Source of the DNA: Octopus bimaculoides
Lineage: Eukaryota
Length of the DNA stretch: 42,906 nt
Direction: 5' to 3'
NCBI RefSeq assembly: GCF_001194135.2
Contig: NC_068999.1
Span: 23,908,664 to 23,951,569 of the forward strand
A model generated the notes under the pieces. That model was not told the DNA's origin, ran no database searches, and saw only the letters and a list, made by a program, of their open reading frames with translations. Numbering within the stretch: the first letter of the stretch is position 1; every line of letters begins with the position of its first letter. The translations under genes and the position numbers were made by a program. Below are positions 23,921 to 36,593 of the stretch, in pieces.

Positions 23921-24315
23921 TTAATTTGAAAGCTTTGGATGATTTTGAAAAGTACTCAAATTCAACTTATTTCTTATGAGCTATATTTACTCACTGTGTA
24001 TTGTTTGAAAGTTTTTGACTTGTTACATGTTCCGATACTTCTACAGCCACCATATTTAGTATACCCGTAATCATTTAATTTCCTTTCTTTTCCTTGAGTT
24101 AGAGAATAAACCTCAAAATATACAATTTTTAAATGACTGAAAACCTTCAGAGAACTAAATTAAATTTATTATTGGTTATCTAGGATTGTAAATAAATAAT
24201 TAATTTTAAACAAAGTGAAATCTACAGTTATAAAAGGTATATATGAGTGACATTAAAAATGTAAGACTTGTTAGTACTTGAACTTTGTTGACACCTTGAT
24301 GTAAAGATTACTATA

Positions 24316-24560
24316 GGTGCAGGCATGGCTGTGTGGTAAAAAGTGTGCATGAGAGCCAGTCCAGCAGCACTGGCAACAACCTCACTTGAATGATCTTCTA
24401 ATGTGGCACCAGCACAAGTGCCAGTAAGGCGACGCTGGTAACGATCACGGTCAAATGGTGCTATTTACGTGCCACTAGCATGGAAGCCAGACAGCTGCTC
24501 TGGCAATAATCATGCTCGGACGGTGCTGTTAGTGCTCCACTGGCACAGGTGCCGGTCATC
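24316..24560. mobile_element. SINE-B head (+) followed by an RTE UTR fragment (-)
   Basis: ggtgcaggcatggctgtgtggtaa is followed by gtaaggcgacgctggtaacgatcacgg.... Confidence 0.6.
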
Positions 24561-24720
24561 AAATATGAGAAAGAGAGAGAGAGAAATAATTGAGAAAATA
24601 GGTTCCAACATCAAATGTATTCAATTAAAGGTGGAAGGGAATTAAGATATTAAGGTTTATAAACTATGAAAATTATGTTGTGAATAAATACTAATCCAGT
24701 ACTTTTTTTCTTATGTATAG

Positions 24721-24814
24721 TTTTGATTTTTGTACTACTGATGAATCACACTCTCCTGTAGAAAACCTTGGTCAAGTTGTATTTGGTGAAAGGATACGAC
24801 CATCTCCGTATGAG
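24721..24814 (+). CDS. TM9SF2: TM9SF2-like exon (probable exon 3, 94 nt)
   Basis: gtatAG|T...GAG|GTAAA. Encodes FDFCTTDESHSPVENLGQVVFGERIRPSPYE, containing the family hallmark ENLGQVxFGERIxxSPY. Phase continues from the previous exon. Confidence 0.96.
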
Positions 24815-26982
24815 GTAAANNNNNNNNNNNNNNNNNNNNNNNNNNNNNNNNNNNNNNNNNNNNNNNNNNNNNNNNNNNNNNNNNNNNNNNNNNNNNNNNN
24901 NNNNNNNNNNNNNNNNNNNNNNNNNNNNNNNNNNNNNNNNNNNNNNNNNNNNNNNNNNNNNNNNNNNNNNNNNNNNNNNNNNNNNNNNNNNNNNNNNNNN
25001 NNNNNNNNNNNNNNNNNNNNNNNNNNNNNNNNNNNNNNNNNNNNNNNNNNNNNNNNNNNNNNNNNNNNNNNNNNNNNNNNNNNNNNNNNNNNNNNNNNNN
25101 NNNNNNNNNNNNNNNNNNNNNNNNNNNNNNNNNNNNNNNNNNNNNNNNNNNNNNNNNNNNNNNNNNNNNNNNNNNNNNNNNNNNNNNNNNNNNNNNNNNN
25201 NNNNNNNNNNNNNNNNNNNNNNNNNNNNNNNNNNNNNNNNNNNNNNNNNNNNNNNNNNNNNNNNNNNNNNNNNNNNNNNNNNNNNNNNNNNNNNNNNNNN
25301 NNNNNNNNNNNNNNNNNNNNNNNNNNNNNNNNNNNNNNNNNNNNNNNNNNNNNNNNNNNNNNNNNNNNNNNNNNNNNNNNNNNNNNNNNNNNNNNNNNNN
25401 NNNNNNNNNNNNNNNNNNNNNNNNNNNNNNNNNNNNNNNNNNNNNNNNNNNNNNNNNNNNNNNNNNNNNNNNNNNNNNNNNNNNNNNNNNNNNNNNNNNN
25501 NNNNNNNNNNNNNNNNNNNNNNNNNNNNNNNNNNNNNNNNNNNNNNNNNNNNNNNNNNNNNNNNNNNNNNNNNNNNNNNNNNNNNNNNNNNNNNNNNNNN
25601 NNNNNNNNNNNNNNNNNNNNNNNNNNNNNNNNNNNNNNNNNNNNNNNNNNNNNNNNNNNNNNNNNNNNNNNNNNNNNNNNNNNNNNNNNNNNNNNNNNNN
25701 NNNNNNNNNNNNNNNNNNNNNNNNNNNNNNNNNNNNNNNNNNAATTAAGGCTAAACCACTTTTTACCCCTGCCCATATATGACACTCGATTGCGAAATTG
25801 CCAGCAATAACCAGCCCTTGGGTATTAATAATTGGGCACACTACCAGCAGCATATTGGCTAGGTACTATCCCTTAGTTGGTAGGCTTCCCAACCTCTAAT
25901 TCTCATGGAAATATATATATATATATATATAGTTGGAATTTCCAAAAACACAAAAAGACGAAGACATGTGAATTAGACTCGGAAGGTGAGAAAATCTTTT
26001 ATGCTCTTCAACAGAAAGGAACATAAGAAAATAAACAGAAAGAGAATACAAAAAGCTTTAGTCGAGTAAATCGACCTCAAGAAAATGGAGCTTTGCCACT
26101 TCAAAGTGAGAATAGTTATTTCTAAGAGAAATTAAGCAAATGATTTATTTAATAGTAATTATAACACCAGAATGTTGCTTGTTTGTGAATTTTGTGGCAG
26201 ATCCCATCCCATCCCTTCGTTTACCCTTCACAAGGTGATTGATGAATTGTTAGTTGTTGCCTCATACAATTGGCAACAAATCGTGCAGGTGTTAATATAG
26301 AAATTTACCATAATGTTGTTGTTATTTAGCCTCAAATCAACCCTGATACTGTAAACCTTATCATCAAAGACATTCCAGCCCTCAGCAAATCGTCTACAAT
26401 GGTTGTTGGTTGCACCATGACTCACCAAAAGTTACAAACAACAAGACCCCAAAACCATCAGTTACCAGGCTCACCTTAAGTAACCTAGATTTTGAGTTGG
26501 TGATTAGCACTGACTGCTGCTAATCTAGATGTATCAATAATTATTCAATACAACAGTAATTATAAAAACATATAAGATATACACGAGTTAAAATTACCTA
26601 TCTCATTAATATAAATTTGATTTATGAAAAATCCCTTTTGATTAATTTTGAAATTTATAAAGTAAATTTAGAATATAAGCACTTTTAACCAATGCCATTT
26701 TTGGACAGCCTTACTACATGCCTTCAGGTTTGCCCATAGAGACACAGCTAAAAATGACTATATTCCTGCCCCAATAAATTTAGATGCACATATCTGAAGC
26801 ATGTAACACATTAATGAACTAGTCTGATTAAATAATTAACTAAAAAGAAAAGGAAAGCAACTAAAAAGGAAAAGCAAGTTAAAGCTGAAAGAAAAAAATT
26901 AATGATAAAAGTTAAACTTATCCTAATTCAACAGCATATTAAAAATAACTTCATTCAATACTTAATTAAAAAAATTAAATAT

Positions 26983-27090
26983 ACGAAAGGTAAAGTCGAC
27001 CTCGGTGGAATTTGAACTCAGAACGAAAAGACAGATGAAATACTGCTAAGCATTTCGCCTGGTGCGCTAACTTTTTTACCAACTCACCGT
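26983..27090 (-). mobile_element. SINE-A 5' fragment
   Basis: aaagtcgacctcggtggaatttgaactcagaac...ctaagcatttcgcc. Confidence 0.8.
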
Positions 27091-27730
27091 GTTAGAATGT
27101 AAACATTCATTTTAGAAATACATTCTTATCTTAACATTATTGGGGTATTACATCTTACTTCCTCACTTACTTACAATAAATTTCATGACATTTTACCTCG
27201 TAAGTTTTTTTTCTACTAATTTTTGTTCAATGTGACTAACGATTCTGAATTCCTTCATGCATTTTTCTATCATTTAAGCCTAAGAAAAGTATACTTTTAT
27301 TGTAAAATAAAAAAAAATTATGTTAATTGAAGATGAATATTTGCCTTATTGCCCACCTTGGGGTCTGACATATTTTGATGTAACTTTTTTTGTCCTGAAT
27401 CAAATCTCAAACTATTTATGCCAAAGTGTAGCTGAGGTGTCCTCTGTAAAACTATTAACAGGTTGCAATTTAGTGAGAACTGAATTAGTGGGGAAGCTTG
27501 GAGGCTGCTGCGATTGACGAAATGGTGGACTTAAGAGTATATTCAACCACTACCGTGGTTGAATGATATTTCGCAGTTCTCTATAAACCTCCAACCAGTT
27601 TACTATTTTCAAAACAACTATGGAATTTCTACAGGTTCTGCTAGTATGAATGCATACATATGTAGCTATGTAAATGTATATATGCATTTGTCAATATAAC
27701 CAATATGTTTTTACAACCAAAGTATATTTT

Positions 27731-28146
27731 TAATCTTTTTGTTATCACATTTCTGTTGAAATACACTGCCTTTGTTTCAACTTATTTTGAAAATAACAAA
27801 GAATTTATTAAAATAACTGCCATTATTAAGATTGCATTTAAGGTGGTGAGCTGGCAGAATCATAAGCATGCCAGGCAAAATGCTTGGTAGTATTTCATCT
27901 GTCTTTATGTCCTGAGTTCAAATTCCACTGAGGTCGGGGTCAATAAAATAAGTACCAGTTGAGTATTGGTGTTGATATAACTGACTCACCACCCCACCAC
28001 CAAGTTGCTGGCCTTGTGCCTAAATTTGAAGCCATTATTAAGCTTGTGTTTGGAACATAAGAGTTTTAATTTAGATCACTTTATAGCAGGAAGTTTGTAT
28101 CATAGAACCAGGGTTGGTGTCAGGCAAGTTGGTATCAAAAGGGTTA
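27731..28146. mobile_element. piggyBac-type MITE interrupted by SINE-A (27831-28030)
   Basis: ttaatctttttgttatc...ggtatcaaaagggttac. The SINE is bracketed by GCCATTATTAAG at 27819-30 and 28031-42. Confidence 0.72.
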
Positions 28147-28331
28147 CTTGAAATAAAAATTACGGTTTAAGTCTTTCATCTAAATTACTTATATTCATTA
28201 TTAGACTGCTTACTATATATCATAATCTTGGAATTAAAGACAATGACTTATTCTAATGATTTTATTTCCAAAATATTTTGCAATATTCTGAAATATATAT
28301 TAAAATGTTATTGTTTTGGTTGCTATTTCAG

Positions 28332-28459
28332 ATGACATTTTTAACAGATATTAATTGCAAGAAAATCTGCCAGAAGAAATATTCAAAAGGCGATGCAGCT
28401 TCAAAAAGCAAACTTGACTTCATCTTGAGGGGTATTAGCCTGGAATATCGACACCATTG
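28332..28459 (+). CDS. TM9SF2: TM9SF2-like exon (probable exon 4, 128 nt)
   Basis: tttcAG|ATG...CATTG|GTAAAG. Encodes MTFLTDINCKKICQKKYSKGDAASKSKLDFILRGISLEYRHH(W). Confidence 0.94.
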
Positions 28460-28575
28460 GTAAAGTTTAACTTTGTTTTAAATAAAGTTTTTACTTGATT
28501 TCTATTTGTCTTAAAATAAAATAAAATAGTATCAGTATATATTTTACTTCATTGATTTCTTTTTGTTATTTCAAG

Positions 28576-28705
28576 GATTATTGATAATATGCCAATCACC
28601 TGGTGCTATGATGTTGAAAACAACAAACACCATTGTAATACTGGCTTCCCTATTGGTTGTTATGTTACAAAAGATGGCTATAGAAAAGGCATATGTCGGA
28701 CAAGA
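28576..28705 (+). CDS. TM9SF2: TM9SF2-like exon (probable exon 5, 130 nt)
   Basis: tttcaAG|G...AGA|GTATGT after a 116-nt intron. Encodes IIDNMPITWCYDVENNKHHCNTGFPIGCYVTKDGYRKGICRTR (family motifs WIVDNMP and GFPIGC). Confidence 0.96.
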
Positions 28706-28829
28706 GTATGTATTATGTGATATTTTCCCTTTTTATTTTAAATTCAAATTATGTATAGTTAGTGACTATTTTGTTGATTGTTAGAAATTCCTCAGTTAGG
28801 AATGATTTATATGCATCAATGCAATTTTT

Positions 28830-29270
28830 AAAGCCGTTTATCTTTTCCTTGTTACAACCATTGGTCTGTGACCATACTGGGGAACTGTCTTGAAGGGTTT
28901 TAGTAGAACAAATCAACCCCCAGTACTTATTTTTAAGTCTGATCTCTGGTACTTATTCTATCAATCTCTTTTGCCAAACTGTTAAGTTACAGGAATATAA
29001 AGAAAACTGCATTTGTTTTCAGGTAGTGATGGTGGGATAAATACAGACACAGAGACACATACCTATGCATTCGCACATACAACACACACATAATATACAT
29101 GCACATACACTCACATGACAGGCTTCCACACAATTTCCATCAACCAAATTCACTCATAAGACATTGGTCAGCCCATAGCTATAGTAGAAGACATTTGTCC
29201 AAGGTGTCATTCATTCAGTGGGACTGAACCTGAAACCATGTGGATGAAAAGTGAGCTTCTTAACCAAAAC
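28830..29270 (-). mobile_element. Diverged SINE-B copy
   Basis: tagaacaaatcaaccccc..acttattctatc..ctatagtagaagacatttgtccaagg..gggactgaacc. Confidence 0.7.
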
Positions 29271-29309
29271 AACCAGTTTATCACCTGATGTTAAAATATA
29301 GTCAATAAT

Positions 29310-29492
29310 GCTGGCGTCACGTTAAAAGCATCCAGCATACACTGTAATGTGGTTGGCATTAGGAAGGACATCCAGCTGTAGAAACCAAGTCTAATTAGAC
29401 CGGAACTTGGTGCAGCTGTCCAGCTTGCCAACTCTGGTCAAACTGTCTAACCCATGCCAGCATGGAAAATGGGCGCTAAATGATAACGATGA
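29310..29492 (+). mobile_element. RTE 3' tail fragment
   Basis: ggttggcattaggaaggacatccagctgtagaaac...catggaaaatgggcgctaaatgat. Confidence 0.75.
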
Positions 29493-29516
29493 TAAATTAC
29501 ATGAAATAAATGTGTA

Positions 29517-31000
29517 CCGTAAAAACCCATGTAATTTATGCACTCTGTTTTGCAAAAATGAAAATAAACTTTATGGGGTGCGTAGATTACATGAGTAGAT
29601 CATTTCCAGAATTATTTTAGAAATTTTTTGTTGTTGAAAAATGACGTACAAAATGTAAACATTTGTACCCGAAGTTGACTCATTTAATGGGCTTAAATAT
29701 AATGAAGTTGACTTTTATTTATGCTGGATGGTATAATGCTTACAGTTTCTGCATAACTTTACTAAAACCATTAAATGGTTAGCTACTTTTTGAGGTCTGA
29801 TGTACATGCTGGTAACCACAGTCTGGGCCATATTTTACATATTTAACTTGGTTGAGTATCATCCAGGCTGATGTTTATTGGTAATTAAACTTAGTTTGCT
29901 ACATCTGTGCGTATTTATCAGCTTTGTTGATAATTCTTAACAACTTTTCCTGTGTATGCATATCTGTGAGTGTATGAGAGAGAGAAAGAGAAGCCCACAT
30001 GTATATATATACATATNNNNNNNNNNNNNNNNNNNNNNNNNNNNNNNNNNNNNNNNNNNNNNNNNNNNNNNNNNNNNNNNNNNNNNNNNNNNNNNNNNNN
30101 NNNNNNNNNNNNNNNNNNNNNNNNNNNNNNNNNNNNNNNNNNNNNNNNNNNNNNNNNNNNNNNNNNNNNNNNNNNNNNNNGTTCCAGATTATCTTTGCAA
30201 TTTCGGCTTGTTATACTCGAGAATCTCGAGTATAACGAGCCGAAATTGCAAAGATAATCTGGAACCTGACTGAGGAAAGAAAACTCTGAATGACCCGTCC
30301 TTGTTTTCTTTGTAACGTCTGTCTGGATGTTTTGCGTTCGTGTCCCATTTTTGTATTTTTTATACATGTATATATACACACATACACATACAGCTATTGT
30401 CTGCTCACAATTTGTAAAATAATACTTTGGTTAATCTACACAGTTGCATGGAAACACACAAACACAGTCTCATATAGTCACATACACATACAGACACTTA
30501 AATACTTAGTCTTGTACAGTTACATGTATGCACACACACACACATATACCACCAGGCAATCAGCGTCATATTTTTCATTACTTATTTATATTGGAACGCT
30601 AAAGTTGAGGGAAGAGGAGGGTATGGTGAGTGAATAAAGCAGACTGACATTGTCGAGGGAAGAGGAGTAAAGCAGACTGACATCTGTCAGTCTGCAAAAT
30701 GGATTTTATTTATATGAAAGACAACACAAACACTTTGTAAATTAATAGCTTTTAATATGATACCTGTTATACAGAAATTATTTTTATTTAATAAAAATTT
30801 AATAAAATCTAATCATAAGTAAGTGAAATTATGCTAAATACAACAAATTGAAAACCTTTTTCCCACTGGCCATATTGGCAATTCTGAAAACTTTTGGGTG
30901 TGAATTTTGCATGAGTATAAGCTTTTTTTTTAACAATTTTTGTCCTGAAAATCATATGTGTAAATTACACAGGTCTGCAAATTACATGGGTTTTTTACAG
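29517..31000. mobile_element. Possible pogo/Tc1-type non-autonomous element with TA TSD (contains a gap and nested repeats)
   Basis: TA|CCGTAAAAACCCATGTAATTT ... AAATTACATGGGTTTTTTACAG|TA. Confidence 0.5.
30181..30265. repeat. 85-bp near-perfect palindrome adjoining a gap
   Basis: 42-bp arms, 1-nt centre (30223), one mismatch. Confidence 0.9.
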
Positions 31001-31217
31001 TAATTGTAAATTATATATTTTAGTTAACATATATTTTAACTAAAATAAATGATTTTGTAATTATGCATTATTTTAGTTACTGTATAGGTTCGTGTCACAT
31101 GAAAAATGAGCTTTTGAAAATTGACTTTAATGCATATTAATAATTTATAATCACCTCTTTTATTTATTTCATTACTATTTTTATTCATTTTTTTATCCTC
31201 ACTTCTTTTTCCACTTT

Positions 31218-31545
31218 CATCATCATCATCATCGTTTAACGTCTGCTTTCCATGCTAGCATGGGTTGGACGATTTGACTGAGGACTGGTGAAACCAGATG
31301 GCTACACCAGGCTCCAATCTGATTTGGCAGAGTTTCTACAGCTGGATGCCCTTCCTAACGCCAACCACTCCGAGAGTGTAGTGGGTGCTTTTACGTGTCA
31401 CCCGCACGAAGGCCAGTCAGGCGGTACTGGCGACGGCCACGCTCAAAATGGTGTATTTTATGTGCCACCCGCACAAGAGCCGGTCCAGGGGTACTGGCAA
31501 CGATCTCACTCGAAAATCCTATGAAGGCCAGTCAGGTGGTACTAG
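31218..31545 (-). mobile_element. RTE-derived 3' UTR/tail repeat (young subfamily)
   Basis: Near-identical to 5703-6005 and 42725-42906. Confidence 0.9.
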
Positions 31546-32002
31546 GTCATAGCTGTTGGAGTGTTTAAGAGATCAGTTTAGGGGCTAAAAAGTTGTCAGT
31601 CTGATATTTTATCAAGACGAAGCTAATTCAACTTTAAGTTTCCCTGTTTAGAGTGGAGAATTAGTTCATTGTGTAAAGAGTGCAGTGTCAATACTTCTTT
31701 CGTATGTATTGGTATTCTATAATCATTTGAAATGTTTACAGTATTGAACTAAAATCTTACCATTTGTGAATTTTCAACAAACTGATGTTCTGTCATTTGT
31801 AAATTCTTTCTGAGTTGCTTAATACAGTTTATAGTGGGATAAGCACTAGTGTACTGTAACATACTCTACATGTGTGAGGGAGAAAAAGATGCAAAACAGA
31901 TATAGATGAATAAACAGACAAATAAGTAAATAAATAAATATTTTTAGCAAATCTTATATCCTCATGAAATGTTAATGAAATGTTTTTTGTGCTTATTTTT
32001 AG

Positions 32003-32148
32003 GATTCATACACTGAGACGAATACCTATTACCTCTTCAACCATGTTGATATAGATATCACTTATCACAGTGGAAAAGAGGAAGATTGGGGAGAATCTTT
32101 AACTGGCAAAGGTGGAAGGATTATATCAGCCAGAGTTACACCACGCAG
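32003..32148 (+). CDS. TM9SF2: TM9SF2-like exon (probable exon 6, 146 nt)
   Basis: ttttAG|GAT...CGCAG|GTACT. Encodes DSYTETNTYYLFNHVDIDITYHSGKEEDWGESLTGKGGRIISARVTPR(S) (family motif YxFNHVDI). Confidence 0.94.
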
Positions 32149-32209
32149 GTACTTTCTAGATTTCAAAATCTTTTTGAATTTATTACTAAACAGCCATGTT
32201 TTGAATCAA

Positions 32210-32400
32210 ATATTTGGCAAAACACTTAGCGGTATTTCATCTGTCTTCACATTTTGAGTTCAAATTCTGCTGGGGTCGACTTTGCCTTCCTTCCTTTTGG
32301 AGTCAATAAAATAAGTACCAGTTGAATACTGGGATCTGATGTCACTGACTTACTCTTCTCCTAAAATTGCTGGCCCTATGCCAAAATTTGAAACTGATAT
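32210..32400 (+). mobile_element. SINE-A copy, 5' truncated
   Basis: cttagcggtatttcatctgtc..gagttcaaattc..ggggtcgactttgcc..ataagtaccagttg. Confidence 0.8.
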
Positions 32401-32589
32401 TTCAGAAATTGATGAGCTTTAGAAATTAGCTCTTGAAGAGCTGTATCTGCTATTTATTCATCATTTCTCATTGTAGTTCCATGCATCCATTTTCACCACC
32501 CACTATTCCATGGAGGTTGTTGGAGTACAGTGTCCTCAGCTACCTCCTCCCAAGGATCTTATCAGAAACGATCATTAAAGTTTCCTGCT

Positions 32590-32950
32590 GGACTCCCAAA
32601 TATGACCAGCACAAATGCCAGTAAGGCGACGCTGCTAACAATCATGCTCAAATGGTGCTATTTACATGCCCCTGGCACGGAAGCCAGACAGCTGCTCTGG
32701 CAATGATCATGCTTGGACGGTGTTCTTAGTGCTCCACTGGCACAGGTGCCAGTCATCGAATTTGGTTCAATCATGATTTCAATTTCACTTGCCCCAACAG
32801 GTCTTCGCAAGCCGAGTTTAGTGTCCAATGAAGGAGAGGTTGGCATGGGTGCCAGTCATCGAATTTGGTTCGATTTTGATTTCACTTGCCTCAACAGGTC
32901 TTCGCAAGCAGAGTTTAGTGTCCAATGAAGGAAAGGTATGCATAAGTGGG
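32590..32950 (-). mobile_element. RTE 3' UTR fragment
   Basis: Homologous to 4780-5030, including the repeated ttcacttgcc(t/c)caacaggtcttcgcaagc unit. Confidence 0.8.
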
Positions 32951-33399
32951 CTGGCTGTATTTCATGTTTGTTTTTTTTCTCATTGATTTTCAATGTAAAC
33001 CTTTTCACTTAATGTGTTTTTGTAATTGTACCCCTCATCTGGTACTCTAGTGGAAAATAAGTCAGCATTCCCCTCCCTTCACTTCTTCCAAATAGTAACA
33101 GTAACATCAAAGATTTACTTCCGCACAAGCCCAGTTGTTGGAGCAGCAATATTGAGTTGATTGCATTGATTCCAGATTATGTAATTATACTTCAATATTA
33201 CGAGACTTATTTTATTATCTTTGACATAATGAAAGATGAACTAGAACTTGACAGGATTTGAATTCAAAACTTAATGGGAGGAATTATAATATAATGCATT
33301 TAGTCTAGTAATCAACTATCTCACTTGTGCTGTGTACCCTTCTATAAATATTGATTTCCATGAGAGGCAGAAGAACACAATTTGAGGGATGGTACAGTG

Positions 33400-33545
33400 A
33401 ATTGCACTGATCTGTTACTTGACTGGTACTTCTTTTATCAGCACAAAAGAATGAAAGTCAAAGTCAACCCTGTTGGGATTTGAACTCAGAAGATAAAGAG
33501 AATAATGAAATCTTACAAGGTGTTTTGCTCACCCCTCAATCAATT
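33400..33545 (-). mobile_element. Degenerate SINE-A
   Basis: ctggtactt..gaaagtcaaagtcaacc..gggatttgaactcaga. Confidence 0.6.
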
Positions 33546-33837
33546 CTGCTATCTGTAATAATGATTGAAATTAGTACAGGTGAAGAACAAAGTTTTGAAT
33601 TGTTTTGTACTTTGATTTGATTTGAATTTCAAATAGACCCGGTAAACTGACTGTAGAACATCATGAATAAATTGATTTATCTGTTTGTCTATTGTGAGGT
33701 CTTGTAGAGAGATTAGATAACTTATTGCATAAGTTACCTTTAAATAATAACGCATGAGAAAAAGAATATCAAACATTAGATGTGAAAATATCTGTTTATT
33801 TATTAAAAATAATTAAATGATGTTTTTTTCTGTTTAG

Positions 33838-33934
33838 TTACAAAAGTGATAAATGTAATGGACCTCCTTTGGCTATCAAAGCTGATAACAAAAATGACAT
33901 AACAATTGACTATACATATACAGTTCGCTATCGG
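33838..33934 (+). CDS. TM9SF2: TM9SF2-like exon (probable exon 7, 97 nt)
   Basis: gtttAG|T...CGG|GTAAGT. Encodes YKSDKCNGPPLAIKADNKNDITIDYTYTVRYR (motifs CxGPP and IxYTYxV). Phase is consistent with both neighbours. Confidence 0.92.
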
Positions 33935-34357
33935 GTAAGTTAAGGTAGCATTTTAAAAGATTTTCTAAAAAAGCTTGTATATATTTATTTGGAAACTTGA
34001 TGCATGATGATATATTTTAAAGAGACGTTTAGCATGCTTTGATCTATGAAATGTTAATGCTATTTTAGTACGACATCGGAATTTGATCAAAATTCATTTA
34101 TAAAGATAAGATGACTGAGTGGATGATGTATTGGAATATTTGAACTCTTGAATTAAGAGTTCAAATCTGTTGTAAATGTTTTAATGTGTTGCTGAGTAAC
34201 CATTTTATTCTGCACTTTGTCAGGTCGCTTATTGTCTGTGAATGTTACTCTGGTTTCTTTGGTTTCTAGGGAGAAAGATTTAATACCTTATCTGCATTAA
34301 ACCAAGACACAATCTCTTAAGGCATAAGAGACTACTACTATTATTATTATTATCATT

Positions 34358-34590
34358 AAGGCGGTGAGCTGGCAAAATCATTAGTGTGCTGGACAAAATG
34401 CTTAGCAGTATTTTGCCCGTCGCTATGTTCTGATTTCAAATTCCGCCAAGGTCAACTTTGCCTTTTATCCTTTTGAGGTTGATTAAATAAGTACCAGTTA
34501 CACACTGGGGTCAATGTAATCGACTTAATCCCTTCCCCCAAATTTCAGGCTTTGTCCCTACAATAGAAAGGATTATTATTATCATTATTA
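34358..34590 (+). mobile_element. SINE-A, full length, with (ATT)n tail
   Basis: aaggcggtgagctggcaaaatc...aatagaaaggattattatt. Confidence 0.88.
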
Positions 34591-34619
34591 TGATTTTAAA
34601 TGAGTTTTAACATCTAGTC

Positions 34620-36300
34620 GTTAGATGTTTCAAGATATATGACCAGTTCATTTGTGATGGTTTTGTAAGAGAGTTCAAACTAGATCAAACCTCAACTTCC
34701 TTGGGCACTGGGATGGTAAAGACAATCCACATCTGTCTTTGTGTAGTGCATCTTATTACAAGTCAGCAGTTTATATATTTTTCAGTTTTCTTTATTTCAC
34801 CGATATTCCAGTTCAATACATTGAATCTATAAATAACAACTAGAACTGCTAAGGAATTTATGGCTAACATCTTGTTACGTGCATTTAGTTCAGATTTCAG
34901 GATTGCTTTAACTCTCCTATAACATTCATTCCTGAGCTTCTCTTTCACGCTTAGCTTTCATTTAGCCCTAGGTATTTGTAAGCTTGTTCCTGTTCAAGTT
35001 CTTTTATAATTGTGTCAACATCTAACATGACTGAATTTGAGGTCTTCAGTTTTCCTTTTTGGAAAATGGGCTTGGTACATTTATTAAGACCAGACTACAT
35101 TCAGATGTCATCACTGAATGCTTTCACAGTATATAATAGGCTTTCAAGCTCGTCATTGCCTTTATCATAAGTTTAAGTCATCCATGTAAAATAGACGGCT
35201 TATTTTCTTGTCACTTTTATACCCATACCCTGTTCTGTTAGGTTCACTTGTAAGAGGTATTAGGGCCTTGCAAAAAATTAGAGGTGAAAGTGAGTCACCT
35301 TTGAAAATGTCACAGTTGAGGTTAATATTGTTTGAAGTTATTCTTCCATTAGAGTGATATAATTGAAGATTTGTATTCCACAATGACATGTTATGCTTCT
35401 GCAAGTTTGAAGTTACAGGAGAAATTTTGAAAATGTCCAGCAATTTCAGGATCCATAAATGTGGTATGCTACCACCATCATTGTTATTACTTCTTTTTAT
35501 CACAGGTTTTGTTGGAACTTCTGGAGACTTGCATACATAGCAGGCTTGCTGCTTGCAGCCTACAATATCATACTATCTGTCCTTTTCAACTATCTGATAC
35601 TTTCCTAATTATTTTGGCTGTGCCAAGGAGGCAAACCTTTTGTAACAGTTCTACTGGGCACTCTTTTCCAATTTCCTTTATATTCCTCTTGATACCTTCT
35701 GATACTGTCCCCAAAGACCCAACAATTGGCACTATCTTCACCTTCTTCATTTTCCTTAGCTGGGCTATTTCATACTTAAGAGAGTTGTATTTATCTATTT
35801 TTTAACCTACCTTCTTGACTATTCATGGGTCAAAGGGGCACACAACATCAACTATATAGCACATGTGGTGCATCTTGTCGACCACCTCTAGGTCCAGTCT
35901 GTTATACTCTAGCACCTGACCTGTTTGGATTGGGAAATCCCAGAGAATTTTAGAAGTCTCTGACTCCACCACTCTCTGTGGTTTGTGCTCATACCACGTC
36001 TTGCCTCTCTCTAGCCAACACTTTTCGCACAATTTTCAATGCAGCTCTTTTGGTACCTTATTGTGTTACCACAATGTGTAGTGGTTTTAGGCAAGTATGT
36101 GGCATTCATTCATGATATGGGCAATGGTTTCATCCACTCTATTACAGGTGCAGCACAAGGGAGACACTTCCTTATTCCAAAGGTTGACCCTCCAGTTAAT
36201 TGCCAAAGATCGGTTTTGTGTTACCAGTATAGTGCTCTCAGTCTCTTTTTTCTAGTGTTTTTTCCTTCAGCCAATCCCACCTATTTTTTCCAGCAACTTC
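34620..36300 (-). mobile_element. R4/Dong-like (RLE-type) non-LTR retrotransposon remnant
   Basis: RT motifs IPHLWIL, GDSLSPLIFC, FYMDDLNL; post-RT YRRVKAILKSELNARNKMLAINSLAV; CCHC-like CCTCNRVDETIAHIMNEC; RLE KILWDFPIQT..NRLDL..IVDVVCPFD; C-terminal VPIVGSLG..LLQKVCLLGTAKIIRKV. Confidence 0.85.
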
Positions 36301-36321
36301 TGTTGTGGCTACATTATTATT

Positions 36322-36353
<32 letters not shown>

Positions 36354-36364
36354 TATTATCATTT

Positions 36365-36593
36365 AAGGCAGTGAGCTAGCAGAATCCTTAGTATGTTGGG
36401 CAAAATACTTAGCAGCATTTTGTCTGTCTTTACATTTTGAGTTCAAATTACACCGAGGTCGACTTTGTCTTTCATCCTTCCTGGGTTGATGAAATCAGTA
36501 CCAGTTACACACTGGGGTAGATAGAATTGACTAGCCCTCCCCCCACCAAATTTTAGGCCTTGTGCCTATAATAGAAAGTATTATTATTATTAT
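36365..36593 (+). mobile_element. SINE-A, full length
   Basis: aaggcagtgagctagcagaatc...ataatagaaagtattattatt. Confidence 0.88.

Noticed and set aside
24735-25853. 330-370 aa ORFs, and similar ones across the gaps at 772, 3281, 6244, 15313 and 30017
   Set aside because: They are open only because N runs contain no stops. The only real coding part is the TM9SF2 exon at 24721-24814.
30266-30300. CTGAGGA here and CTGATGA in the 42090 homologue as further hammerheads
   Set aside because: No helix II followed by GAAA, helix III and NUH could be built downstream.
30672-30695. Perfect 11-bp hairpin GCAGACTGACA-TC-TGTCAGTCTGC
   Set aside because: It is short, adjacent to a local tandem copy of the same arm, and inside a putative non-autonomous transposon. 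There is no evidence of function.
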